Positions 56,497 to 64,000 of a DNA stretch of 64,000 nt are shown here, piece after piece. The notes under the pieces were generated by a model. That model was not told the origin of the DNA. It saw nothing but the letters and a program-made list of their open reading frames with translations, and did no database searches. Position 1 is the stretch's first letter; the number at the start of each line of letters is the position of its first letter. The translations under genes and the position numbers were made by a program. This DNA comes from Pseudomonadales bacterium (GTDB lineage Bacteria; Pseudomonadota; Gammaproteobacteria; Pseudomonadales; JBECKS01). The DNA is taken from assembly GCA_965223975.1 (NCBI GenBank), contig OZ245031.1, positions 84,145-148,144 on the forward strand, in the 5' to 3' direction.

Positions 56497-56871
56497 TTAT
56501 AGACTCCAAATAAGCATGATACCCCAAAGGGTACACGCCAAAAGAAAAATGACCGTAAGTGTTTGAACACTCAAACGTACAAAAGCAGGAACCGAACCAA
56601 ATAGGTGACCGTCTTTAATTAAATAGTCTGTGTAAACCGTCCACATACCAATCCAAGCATGAGCTGCAATAGATAAGAACGCTAAAATGGTCGCTACCTT
56701 CATCGAAGTGCAAGCGATAAACTCTTTCCAGGTTTGATAATCCAAATCGCCATTACAAAGAAAAAAACCAACCACAACCACAAAGTAAACGCCTAAGATT
56801 ACTGCAGTCGCGCGTTGTACTAGCCAGTCGTAAAGTCCGCTACGCCCCAGATTCGTTACATTGGTAGACAT
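56497..56871 (-). CDS. sdhD: succinate dehydrogenase membrane anchor subunit
   Basis: 3-TM protein. I prefer the ATG at 56871 (GAGGGGG 7 nt upstream) over the TTG at 56877. It overlaps the sdhC 3' end by 16 nt. Confidence 0.85.
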   Translation of the reverse strand: MSTNVTNLGRSGLYDWLVQRATAVILGVYFVVVVGFFLCNGDLDYQTWKEFIACTSMKVATILAFLSIAAHAWIGMWTVYTDYLIKDGHLFGSVPAFVRLSVQTLTVIFLLACTLWGIMLIWSL

Positions 56872-57242
56872 ACCCAAACCCCCTCTAGAACAATCAATAC
56901 TGCAGAAACAACAAGAACAAGCACGGTGCCTGTTTTACCGCCCTGTAAGCTTTCACCAATACCCATATCCATCAAAAGATGTCTAAAGCCCGCAACCACA
57001 TGGAAAGTAAAAGAAGCCAAAATACCCCACACGACGACTTTGCCTATCAATGTGGACATACACTCTTTCAGTTCATTAAAGCTAGCCTCTGATTCCAGGG
57101 ACATCGCCAGCATGTAGAGAAGGATGGGAATAGCAGCGAACATAACGATTCCCGAGATACGATGGGAAATCGAGGTCACCGCAGTAATCGGTAAGCCCAA
57201 AAAGGCATCGGTACCGAGATATACGGGTCTATTGTTACTCAT
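56856..57242 (-). CDS. sdhC: succinate dehydrogenase cytochrome b556 subunit
   Basis: 128 aa, 3 TM, with the SISHRISG haem-His region. It is the first gene of sdhCDAB. Confidence 0.9.
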   Translation of the reverse strand: MSNNRPVYLGTDAFLGLPITAVTSISHRISGIVMFAAIPILLYMLAMSLESEASFNELKECMSTLIGKVVVWGILASFTFHVVAGFRHLLMDMGIGESLQGGKTGTVLVLVVSAVLIVLEGVWVCLPM

Positions 57243-57574
57243 GGATAAAAACCTGATTAAAAAACCGATGTTAACGCCCCGAATTGGAGCAGTTTACTGT
57301 GGGCCACATTCACCTATAACTTAAGCAAAATCAGCCCCTAATGTGCACAGTGTATACATCATGCACGGTGGCGGAAGTATAGTCCTCAAATGCCTTAATT
57401 TCAATGCGCATATACCCTGCAGGGATTGTGTTTCTTAGGTTGTAAGCCTCCTACAAACAGACTAGTACTGTCATCAAATGTTAGTGTTTTATACAAAATT
57501 GCTAGTGCCTTTTTTTAATTTTCTGAAATGCTATTTTTTCTCAAAAAAAGCCTTAAAAAACGCCACTTTCTAAA

Positions 57575-57601
57575 TTGACAAACCGCATGGGAGCCTATAG
57601 T
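57575..57601 (+). promoter_or_regulatory. possible sigma70 promoter for gltA
   Basis: TTGACA (57575-57580) and TATAGT (57596-57601) are separated by a short 15-nt spacer. The site is about 60 nt upstream of the gltA ATG. Confidence 0.3.
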
Positions 57602-57663
57602 TTTGGCGCCCTTTCCACAGCAAACCAGCTGGAAATGAGTAAAAACGAATTTAGGAGCAGAGA

Positions 57664-58947
57664 ATGTCCGACAAAACCGCAAAGCTTAATGTAAGCGCTG
57701 ATCTAGCACTCGAGCTACCCGTGCTCAGCGGTAGCCTTGGCCCAGACGTTATTGATATCTCATCATTAACCCCTAATGGCTACTTCACTTATGACCCCGG
57801 CTTTGTATCCACCGCTGCGTGTGAGTCTAAAATCACCTTTATTGATGGCGGCAAAGGCATTCTTCTTCATAGAGGCTACCCAATTGATCAGCTGGCCGAG
57901 AACTCTGATTATTTAGAGGTTTGCTACCTGCTTATGTATGGCGAGCTGCCAACAGCTGAACAAAAAGACAAATTCGTTAACCTAGTCACTAATCACACTA
58001 TGGTCCACGAGCAGTTGAATCACTTTTACAACGGCTTCCCACGAGACGCTCACCCAATGGCCATCATGTGCGGTGTTGTGGGCGCCCTATCAGCTTTCTA
58101 CCACGACTCTTTAGATATTAAAGATGAACAGCATCGCGAAATCGCTGCTTTCCGCCTAATCGCAAAAATGCCTACCATCGCAGCCATGTGCTATAAGTAC
58201 TCGATCGGTCAGCCTTTCATGTACCCACAAAACAACATGGGCTATGCCGAAAACTTCCTACATATGATGTTTGGTGTTCCTTGCGAAGAATCTAAGGTTA
58301 ACCCTGTCATTGCGAAAGCCATGGATAAAATCTTTATTCTTCACGCGGACCACGAGCAAAACGCATCTACTTCAACCGTTCGTTTATCTGGTTCTTCAGG
58401 CGCCAACCCATTTGCTTGTATCGCATCAGGTATTGCTGCACTTTGGGGCCCTGCCCACGGCGGTGCAAACGAAGCAGTGCTTAACATGCTTGACGAAATT
58501 GGTGACGTATCTAACGTTGATAAGTATATCGCTAAAGCTAAAGATAAAAACGATAACTTCCGCCTAATGGGCTTTGGTCACCGTGTTTATAAAAACTTTG
58601 ACCCACGTGCAACCGTTATGCGCGAAACTTGTCACGAAGTATTGAGCGAGCTAGGTATAGAAGACCCTCAATTAGAACTCGCCATGAAACTAGAAGACAT
58701 CGCTCGTAACGACCCTTACTTTGTTGAGAAAAAACTCTACCCCAACGTGGACTTTTACTCTGGCATTATTCTTAAAGCGATTGGTATTCCAACCAACATG
58801 TTCACAGTAATCTTTGCTTTGGCACGTACTGTTGGCTGGATCGCTCACTGGAACGAAATGATCAGCAACCCTTATAAAATCGGCCGTCCTCGCCAGCTTT
58901 ATACCGGTGAAGAAAAACGAGACTTTGTACCTGTCGAAAAAAGATAA
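57664..58947 (+). CDS. gltA: citrate synthase (type II)
   Basis: 427 aa with the [13 protein letters not shown] signature. It is divergent from sdhCDAB. Confidence 0.95.
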   Translation: MSDKTAKLNVSADLALELPVLSGSLGPDVIDISSLTPNGYFTYDPGFVSTAACESKITFIDGGKGILLHRGYPIDQLAENSDYLEVCYLLMYGELPTAEQKDKFVNLVTNHTMVHEQLNHFYNGFPRDAHPMAIMCGVVGALSAFYHDSLDIKDEQHREIAAFRLIAKMPTIAAMCYKYSIGQPFMYPQNNMGYAENFLHMMFGVPCEESKVNPVIAKAMDKIFILHADHEQNASTSTVRLSGSSGANPFACIASGIAALWGPAHGGANEAVLNMLDEIGDVSNVDKYIAKAKDKNDNFRLMGFGHRVYKNFDPRATVMRETCHEVLSELGIEDPQLELAMKLEDIARNDPYFVEKKLYPNVDFYSGIILKAIGIPTNMFTVIFALARTVGWIAHWNEMISNPYKIGRPRQLYTGEEKRDFVPVEKR

Positions 58948-58971
58948 ACGATAGATACAAATCCGCTAAAT

Positions 58972-59001
58972 AAAAAAGCCCGCTTTTGCGGGCTTTTTTT
59001 T
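58972..59001. terminator. bidirectional intrinsic terminator
   Basis: A5-AGCCCGC-TTTT-GCGGGCT-T8, lying between convergent gltA and the sirtuin gene. Confidence 0.8.
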
Positions 59002-59032
59002 CTTAACACTTTTTATTTAAAACAATAAAAAT

Positions 59033-59749
59033 CTATTCTGCTTGCTGAATATACTCAGAAGCCTTCATTTCAAAATAGCGGGTGTGCTCGTAGTTAATAC
59101 GAACTGGATCTGGGTCAACAATCTCTATCGGTATATTTCGCGATACAGCTGCCTCTAAGGCCATCTGAGTAATATTAACGCTAAACGAGGTACCCATAAA
59201 CACAATCTTATCCGCGCTGTACATACGCTCTCTGGCCTCAGTAATACGATAGAGCTCGGTATAAAACTCATCAAACAACAGCACATAGGGTTTATAGGAT
59301 TCGTTTAGCACCGGATGCTCAGATATCTTAAAAACTTCAAACAAAGACGGTAGCAGGTTTTCTTCGTCAACCTTATCCCAGGGCGCGCTTACAAGCTCTA
59401 CTGACTCACCCTGCTCATGAAAAATAGTCATCTGATCTAAGCGACCATGAATCGCTACATAGTGTTGGTTACCTGCTTTGCCATCAAGGCCATCGATATT
59501 CTGAGTGATTAAATTTTTGTCCGCTAACCAATGATGAACATCGTTTGGACCATGGTCACGGTAAGTCGCAAAGCGCTTGTAATACCAGGATAAAAACTCA
59601 GCAGGATTGTTTTGATACATGGCTCGGGTCGCCATTTCTTGCGGGGTGTAATTCACACTGCCAATGGTCCAAAAGCCACCTTCACCGCGAAAAGTAGGAA
59701 TCCCACTTTCCGCACTGACACCAGCCCCTGTTACATAAAGCACGTCCAT
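59033..59749 (-). CDS. SIR2-family (sirtuin) protein lacking the zinc-ribbon cysteines
   Basis: Core sirtuin motifs are present: GAGVSAESGIPTFRG, TQNIDGLD, IHGRL (catalytic His), PYVLLFDE and FMGTSFSV. The whole 238-aa protein contains no Cys. Its ATG directly abuts the stop of the upstream Kef gene (CAA TAA ATG). Confidence 0.75.
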   Translation of the reverse strand: MDVLYVTGAGVSAESGIPTFRGEGGFWTIGSVNYTPQEMATRAMYQNNPAEFLSWYYKRFATYRDHGPNDVHHWLADKNLITQNIDGLDGKAGNQHYVAIHGRLDQMTIFHEQGESVELVSAPWDKVDEENLLPSLFEVFKISEHPVLNESYKPYVLLFDEFYTELYRITEARERMYSADKIVFMGTSFSVNITQMALEAAVSRNIPIEIVDPDPVRINYEHTRYFEMKASEYIQQAE

Positions 59750-61672
59750 TTATTGGCGCCCTTCGTATTTAGCAAGCCACTCATCCAATTCAAATTGCTC
59801 GTTTAGCATACCGGTTAGCTCTTCCTCACGCTCAGCAACTAATTCTCTAGCACGTTCCATATACGGTTCGTTTTCCATCACAGGAATATCAATATCATAA
59901 AGATCAGCAAGCTCTAACATAGACTTCTGATCCATTTCATGAAAAACCTCGAGCATGCCTTCTGCCTTCTCACGTTCCAAACCAAGCGCTTCAAAAGCAG
60001 AACGTGCGGCACGAACAGAACTGTCGTAAGTTTCGCGAATGATATCGCGACAACCCACCGACCACAGATCATAAACGTGCATACGATCCTTAGCCCTCGC
60101 CACCACATGAACATGGGGATGGGTGCGACATACGTATTGAGTTAAATGTGTGATCGCTTCTTTATCATCAATCGCCACGATTAAAACTTTGGCCTCATCA
60201 ATGCCTGCAGCATGCAACATATCTGGGCGAGTCGCATCACCATAATAAACCTGCAAACCAAAAGCTCTTAGCATATCCAAATGCTCCGCACTGAAATCAA
60301 TCACAGTGGTTTGTAAACCAGCGCTTCTCAGGGCGCGATTAACAATGCCACCAAAGCGACCATGACCAGCGATAATAATGCTGCCATGGTTTTCAATCTC
60401 GTCGCCTTCACCTTCCATCGTTTTGGAATAATAACGCTCGATAACCTTGTCATATAAAATGAACAAGGCTGGCGTAAGCAACATAGATAAAGCGACTACA
60501 AGCAAGAGAATGTCTGCTATATCAGTAGGAATCACATGATTAGAAACCGTAAAGGACAACAGCACAAAACCAAACTCACCCGCTTGCGCTAAACCTAGTG
60601 CAAACAACCAGCGGTGACTGCCTTCGATTTTAAAAAAGTGACCTAATACCATTAGCACCAATGATTTCAATACAATCAAACCAAAAGTTAAACCCAGCAC
60701 CAAAGCCAGCTGATCAGATAAAAGCGTAAAGTTAATCCCCGCTCCCACGGTGATAAAGAACACACCAAGGAACAAACCTTTAAATGGACTGATATCGCTC
60801 TCAAGCTCATGACGATATTGGCTGCCAGCCATCACGATTCCCGCCAAAAAGGTACCCAATGCGGGTGATAGACCCACCATAGTCATTAACAAAGCAATAC
60901 CTAAAACCAGCATCAAAGCGGTAGAAACGAACAACTCTCTTAAACGCGCTCGAGAAACAAAGTTAAAAATTGGATCGGTTAAATAACGCCCCATTAGCAC
61001 CACTAAGGCGATAGAGGTAAAGGTAATAATAGCTGCCTGCCAACCCGGCAAGTTTTCAACCATATTAAGATGTAAGCCAGCCCCATGACCATCATCGTGC
61101 CCACCCCCGTGAGCATCATGAGCTCCTGCGGTTTGCGTCGCAATATCGATTAATTCCGGCGCAGCCAAAAGCGGAATTATAATTAGCATCGGGATAACCG
61201 CGATATCTTGGAACAATAGCACCGAGAAGCTACCCTGCCCTCCATCACTCTTCATTAAACCCTTTTCAGAAAGGGTCTGGCTGACAATCGCAGTAGAGGA
61301 CAAAGCTAACACCATACCCGCTGCAATACTGACAAACCAAGAAAGCCCGAATGCCTGACCAATCAACGCCACTATGAGCGTAGTCACCACGACTTGCAGG
61401 CCACCCATCAAGAAAATTCGATGGCGCATCTCCCAAAGCGACTGAGGACTCATTTCCAAACCGACCAAGAACAGCATCATCACCACGCCAAACTCAGAAA
61501 AATGCTGCAGGCTGACGATATCTGCCCCCACCCACTTTAGCAGCGGGCTGATGGCGATACCCGCAATCAAATAACCCAGCACCGAACCTAGGCCCAAATG
61601 CGAAGCGAGCGGCACAGAGATCACGCCAGCAGCAAACAAGATAAAGGTCATCAACATAAATTCTGCGGTCAT
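59750..61672 (-). CDS. CPA2-family monovalent cation:proton antiporter / K+ efflux protein (KefB/KefC-like) with a C-terminal KTN/RCK domain
   Basis: 640 aa. The N-terminal ~12-TM Na_H_exchanger-like region includes the GEFGFVL block. The C-terminal Rossmann segment is IIIAGHGRFGG...VIDFS. A His/Gly/Asp-rich loop occupies aa 183-201. Confidence 0.85.
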   Translation of the reverse strand: MTAEFMLMTFILFAAGVISVPLASHLGLGSVLGYLIAGIAISPLLKWVGADIVSLQHFSEFGVVMMLFLVGLEMSPQSLWEMRHRIFLMGGLQVVVTTLIVALIGQAFGLSWFVSIAAGMVLALSSTAIVSQTLSEKGLMKSDGGQGSFSVLLFQDIAVIPMLIIIPLLAAPELIDIATQTAGAHDAHGGGHDDGHGAGLHLNMVENLPGWQAAIITFTSIALVVLMGRYLTDPIFNFVSRARLRELFVSTALMLVLGIALLMTMVGLSPALGTFLAGIVMAGSQYRHELESDISPFKGLFLGVFFITVGAGINFTLLSDQLALVLGLTFGLIVLKSLVLMVLGHFFKIEGSHRWLFALGLAQAGEFGFVLLSFTVSNHVIPTDIADILLLVVALSMLLTPALFILYDKVIERYYSKTMEGEGDEIENHGSIIIAGHGRFGGIVNRALRSAGLQTTVIDFSAEHLDMLRAFGLQVYYGDATRPDMLHAAGIDEAKVLIVAIDDKEAITHLTQYVCRTHPHVHVVARAKDRMHVYDLWSVGCRDIIRETYDSSVRAARSAFEALGLEREKAEGMLEVFHEMDQKSMLELADLYDIDIPVMENEPYMERARELVAEREEELTGMLNEQFELDEWLAKYEGRQ

Positions 61673-61764
61673 AGTTCTCTCTCAATACTTATAAGCAAGA
61701 TAAACGATAGGATGGCAAGTATACTATGAGAATCCGCTAAAATTTTTAGCATTCGATTAATAAT

Positions 61765-62265
61765 TTACGGTTTGGATTGGGAGCGGAATACATACAGGCC
61801 ATTAACCATAAAGCCTAAGCCAAATAGTGCCCCTACAATCGCAAACATAAGCGAGCTAGCGGGTGAGACAAACATCCAAACTAGGCCAAGTAAAAAAGAC
61901 GCGATTAATGAGGCAGGTCCAACTTTATAGTAAAAACCACTTTTTAATTGCGCAATAGAGAGTAAAAGCACCCCCAGCGAAATCACAGGGGAACCGATTT
62001 GGTAGGACTCAATTCCATAAATCGTTGCGTTGGGGCCAGCAATAAAACTAAAACCAGTCAGCGCAAGCATAAAGCCAACTAGCCCTAAAGCTTTTAGCTC
62101 AGCTTGATGGATTAAAAAGGTCGCTAACAAACCAAAGATCAAACCAAAGTCAGTCACAATATAGAGCAGTTCAAGATGGTCGCTTGGTTCTAGGTAGGCG
62201 GTAAAAGAACAAAGAATTCTAAGCAGACCACCAGCAAGCCCAAAAATAGAAAATGTTTGTAACAT
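61765..62265 (-). CDS. hypothetical small membrane protein (about 5 TM)
   Basis: 166-aa ORF, almost entirely hydrophobic and Gly-rich helices. It lies 21 nt downstream of the preceding gene on the same strand. I recognise no family. Confidence 0.55.
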   Translation of the reverse strand: MLQTFSIFGLAGGLLRILCSFTAYLEPSDHLELLYIVTDFGLIFGLLATFLIHQAELKALGLVGFMLALTGFSFIAGPNATIYGIESYQIGSPVISLGVLLLSIAQLKSGFYYKVGPASLIASFLLGLVWMFVSPASSLMFAIVGALFGLGFMVNGLYVFRSQSKP

Positions 62266-62286
62266 TTTATCCCCATTATTCAGGTG

Positions 62287-64000
62287 TTATGGTCCACTTA
62301 ATTGCTCTAACTTGGCTCCCGCTTTATGAAGCTGGAAGGGTGCATAAAAAGTAGTAGTTGGATTTTCTTCTAGCAGGCAAGATTCAGCTTCTAACTGCGT
62401 TGCTTTCCAACATAAGCTTAAACCTCCAAGACTCATATCAAAAGTGTTGTGAATAGCTAAATACCTAGTCTCAGGAACATTAGGCAAACTTACTTTTAAC
62501 ACATTGTCCGCCAAAAACTCATAGGTTATATTTTCATTAGAATCGCCGACAAAATTATACGCATTTCCTGTACCTTCAACGTTTAAATCAGCATTTCCGT
62601 TAAAGGTCAGCATTTCAGGTTGATTCGGTAAATTAGGAATATGAACCAAGTCCCCTACTACTTGTGCCGGGTTAAAACTGGGAATCATTGGTGCGGTTAA
62701 TGTTCCAGCAAATGCCAAAGCTTTGGATTCATCATCATAAAACCGTTCAACAGAAAACAGCTCTCCATTGTCGTAGGCATACGCCTGAATATAATCAGCA
62801 GTAGAACCCAATGCGTGAATCAACAAACGTACTCCTGTATCCTCGACTCCATTCCACATAGCACCATTATGATCAATGTTGATGGGAATATTCGGTACCA
62901 TCGGTGAAGCGTTGTAATTTCCCACCCCCAAGGCGGGCACAGCTACCGACTCCAAATTAAAACTTTTACCATCTGGAGCAATAGTAAGCTTATTCAAATT
63001 TACCCCTATAGAATCTAGCGTTCCGTCTCCATCACCGTCTATGTCGCCATAGGAGACGTTGTACATAACCCTTCCTGCTAAGCCTTCGTGGCTAAAAAAT
63101 CCTACACTATTTAAAGGAGCTAAAGGCAGATGATTCGGGATAATTGCATTCGCTAAAGCCGATGAGTCCATCCAATACATGGTTTCAAATCCTCGACAAT
63201 CTGGCGGTGTTCCCAAACTAGATTGTTGCCCACAAACCCTTCGCGCGGGACCATCAAAAAGCTTTAGCACGAGCTCGGGTATGCCTAGCTCGTCAAGATA
63301 GAGCAAACCATCAGTTACCGACCAAGTACCTGTATTTGAGCTAGCGTCATAGCGCGTTACGGAATACGAACCATTTGTCTCAAAGGTATAGGTGTCAAAA
63401 TCCCATACGGGGACCCCACCGCCGCTAGTGTCATATAGCAAGAAATAACTAATACCGCCCGACATAAAATCAGCCTGATCAAAAGACAATTCAATTTCGG
63501 CTCCGAATGGCGACACAATATTATCAATCAAATTCTGAGCGGCTCTTTCACTAAATAACATCCACTCGGTGCCATTAACGCATAAGCCACTAACTACGCA
63601 AACTTCAATTCCACCCGATTGAATACCTTGTACAAGCCCACTATGCTGGATATTCGCAGAGTAAGTTCCGGTAATCGTTAGATCACCTCCGCTGGCCACG
63701 TAACTAAAGTTCTCGGGGGTTTCGAAACCGGGGATGCTTTCAAAACCGGCGCTTCCCAGTCGACTAGTAGCGACACCCGTATCGTCGCTTTTAAACTCTA
63801 AACGACGAATCATTAACTCTCCTGAGCCACTGTCTAGGTACACCGAATATACATAGGATTGTGTAAGCTGCTCTTTTCTAAAACTGAGGCCCACACTCGC
63901 GCTCAAACTGCTGAAATCAGATTGCGCAGTCGTGAGATCGTGATAATAACGCTCGCTAGATGGCAAGCCGAATTGATGGCCCTTAATTTCCAGATAGTCA
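62287..64000 (-). CDS. hypothetical large protein, 5'-truncated by the window edge (probably secreted or surface-located)
   Basis: The reading frame stays open upstream of the listed TTG at 63966 to base 63999 (DYLEIKGHQFG-LPSSERYY...). The composition is G/S/T/N/D-rich and beta-rich. It contains a DIDGDGDGTLD Ca-binding-like motif (63013-63045). I recognise no family. Confidence 0.55.
   Translation of the reverse strand, partial: DYLEIKGHQFGLPSSERYYHDLTTAQSDFSSLSASVGLSFRKEQLTQSYVYSVYLDSGSGELMIRRLEFKSDDTGVATSRLGSAGFESIPGFETPENFSYVASGGDLTITGTYSANIQHSGLVQGIQSGGIEVCVVSGLCVNGTEWMLFSERAAQNLIDNIVSPFGAEIELSFDQADFMSGGISYFLLYDTSGGGVPVWDFDTYTFETNGSYSVTRYDASSNTGTWSVTDGLLYLDELGIPELVLKLFDGPARRVCGQQSSLGTPPDCRGFETMYWMDSSALANAIIPNHLPLAPLNSVGFFSHEGLAGRVMYNVSYGDIDGDGDGTLDSIGVNLNKLTIAPDGKSFNLESVAVPALGVGNYNASPMVPNIPINIDHNGAMWNGVEDTGVRLLIHALGSTADYIQAYAYDNGELFSVERFYDDESKALAFAGTLTAPMIPSFNPAQVVGDLVHIPNLPNQPEMLTFNGNADLNVEGTGNAYNFVGDSNENITYEFLADNVLKVSLPNVPETRYLAIHNTFDMSLGGLSLCWKATQLEAESCLLEENPTTTFYAPFQLHKAGAKLEQLSGP

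Noticed and set aside
59033-59749. SIR2 protein as an anti-phage defence effector (Thoeris ThsA, DSR or SIR2-HerA type)
   Set aside because: It carries the canonical deacylase-type sirtuin motifs (GAGxSxxSGIPxFRG, QNIDxL, HG, GTS). It is small and single-domain, with no SLOG, HerA, pAgo, TIR or other sensor partner nearby. It sits in a housekeeping context coupled to a Kef transporter, so a defence role is not supported.

Overview
The window looks like a gammaproteobacterial chromosomal core segment. Its gene order resembles Pseudomonas and Oceanospirillales: leuCDB-asd-fimV, sdhCDAB-sucAB-lpdA-sucCD with divergent gltA, etfBA facing ETF-QO, and rluE-nudJ-mnmA-hflD-purB. I call about 53 protein genes, tightly packed on both strands. 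I saw no rRNA, tRNA, CRISPR array, transposase, integrase or phage gene. Most of the window is ordinary central metabolism (TCA cycle, leucine, ETF, glyoxylate shunt) and housekeeping (htpG, aroC, prmB, folE, gpsA, ttcA). Several A-tract/hairpin/T-tract intrinsic terminators sit between convergent genes. Non-core content is confined to three patches. (1) About 0.7-8.6 kb holds a 9-TM protein with a charged tail and an aldehyde dehydrogenase. It also holds a compact divergent module: a TagF-like glycerophosphotransferase, a HIT::TagD-like cytidylyltransferase fusion and a ceramidase-family 7-TM hydrolase, followed by thioesterase-like and esterase genes. (2) 43.1-44.7 kb holds an unrecognisable membrane-anchored 517-aa protein. 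(3) 59-64 kb holds a CPA2/Kef K+ efflux gene translationally coupled to a cysteine-free (zinc-ribbon-less) sirtuin. Upstream of it lie an unknown 5-TM protein and a large unknown protein that runs off the window. My best candidates for something undescribed are the CDP-alcohol/ceramidase-like module and the Kef-sirtuin pair. Both rest on motif-level reading and gene context only and are hypotheses, not demonstrated systems. Two independent 12-bp tandem arrays sit directly upstream of start codons (glcB and a DUF1285 gene). All similarity statements come from my recognition of motifs, and no database search was run.
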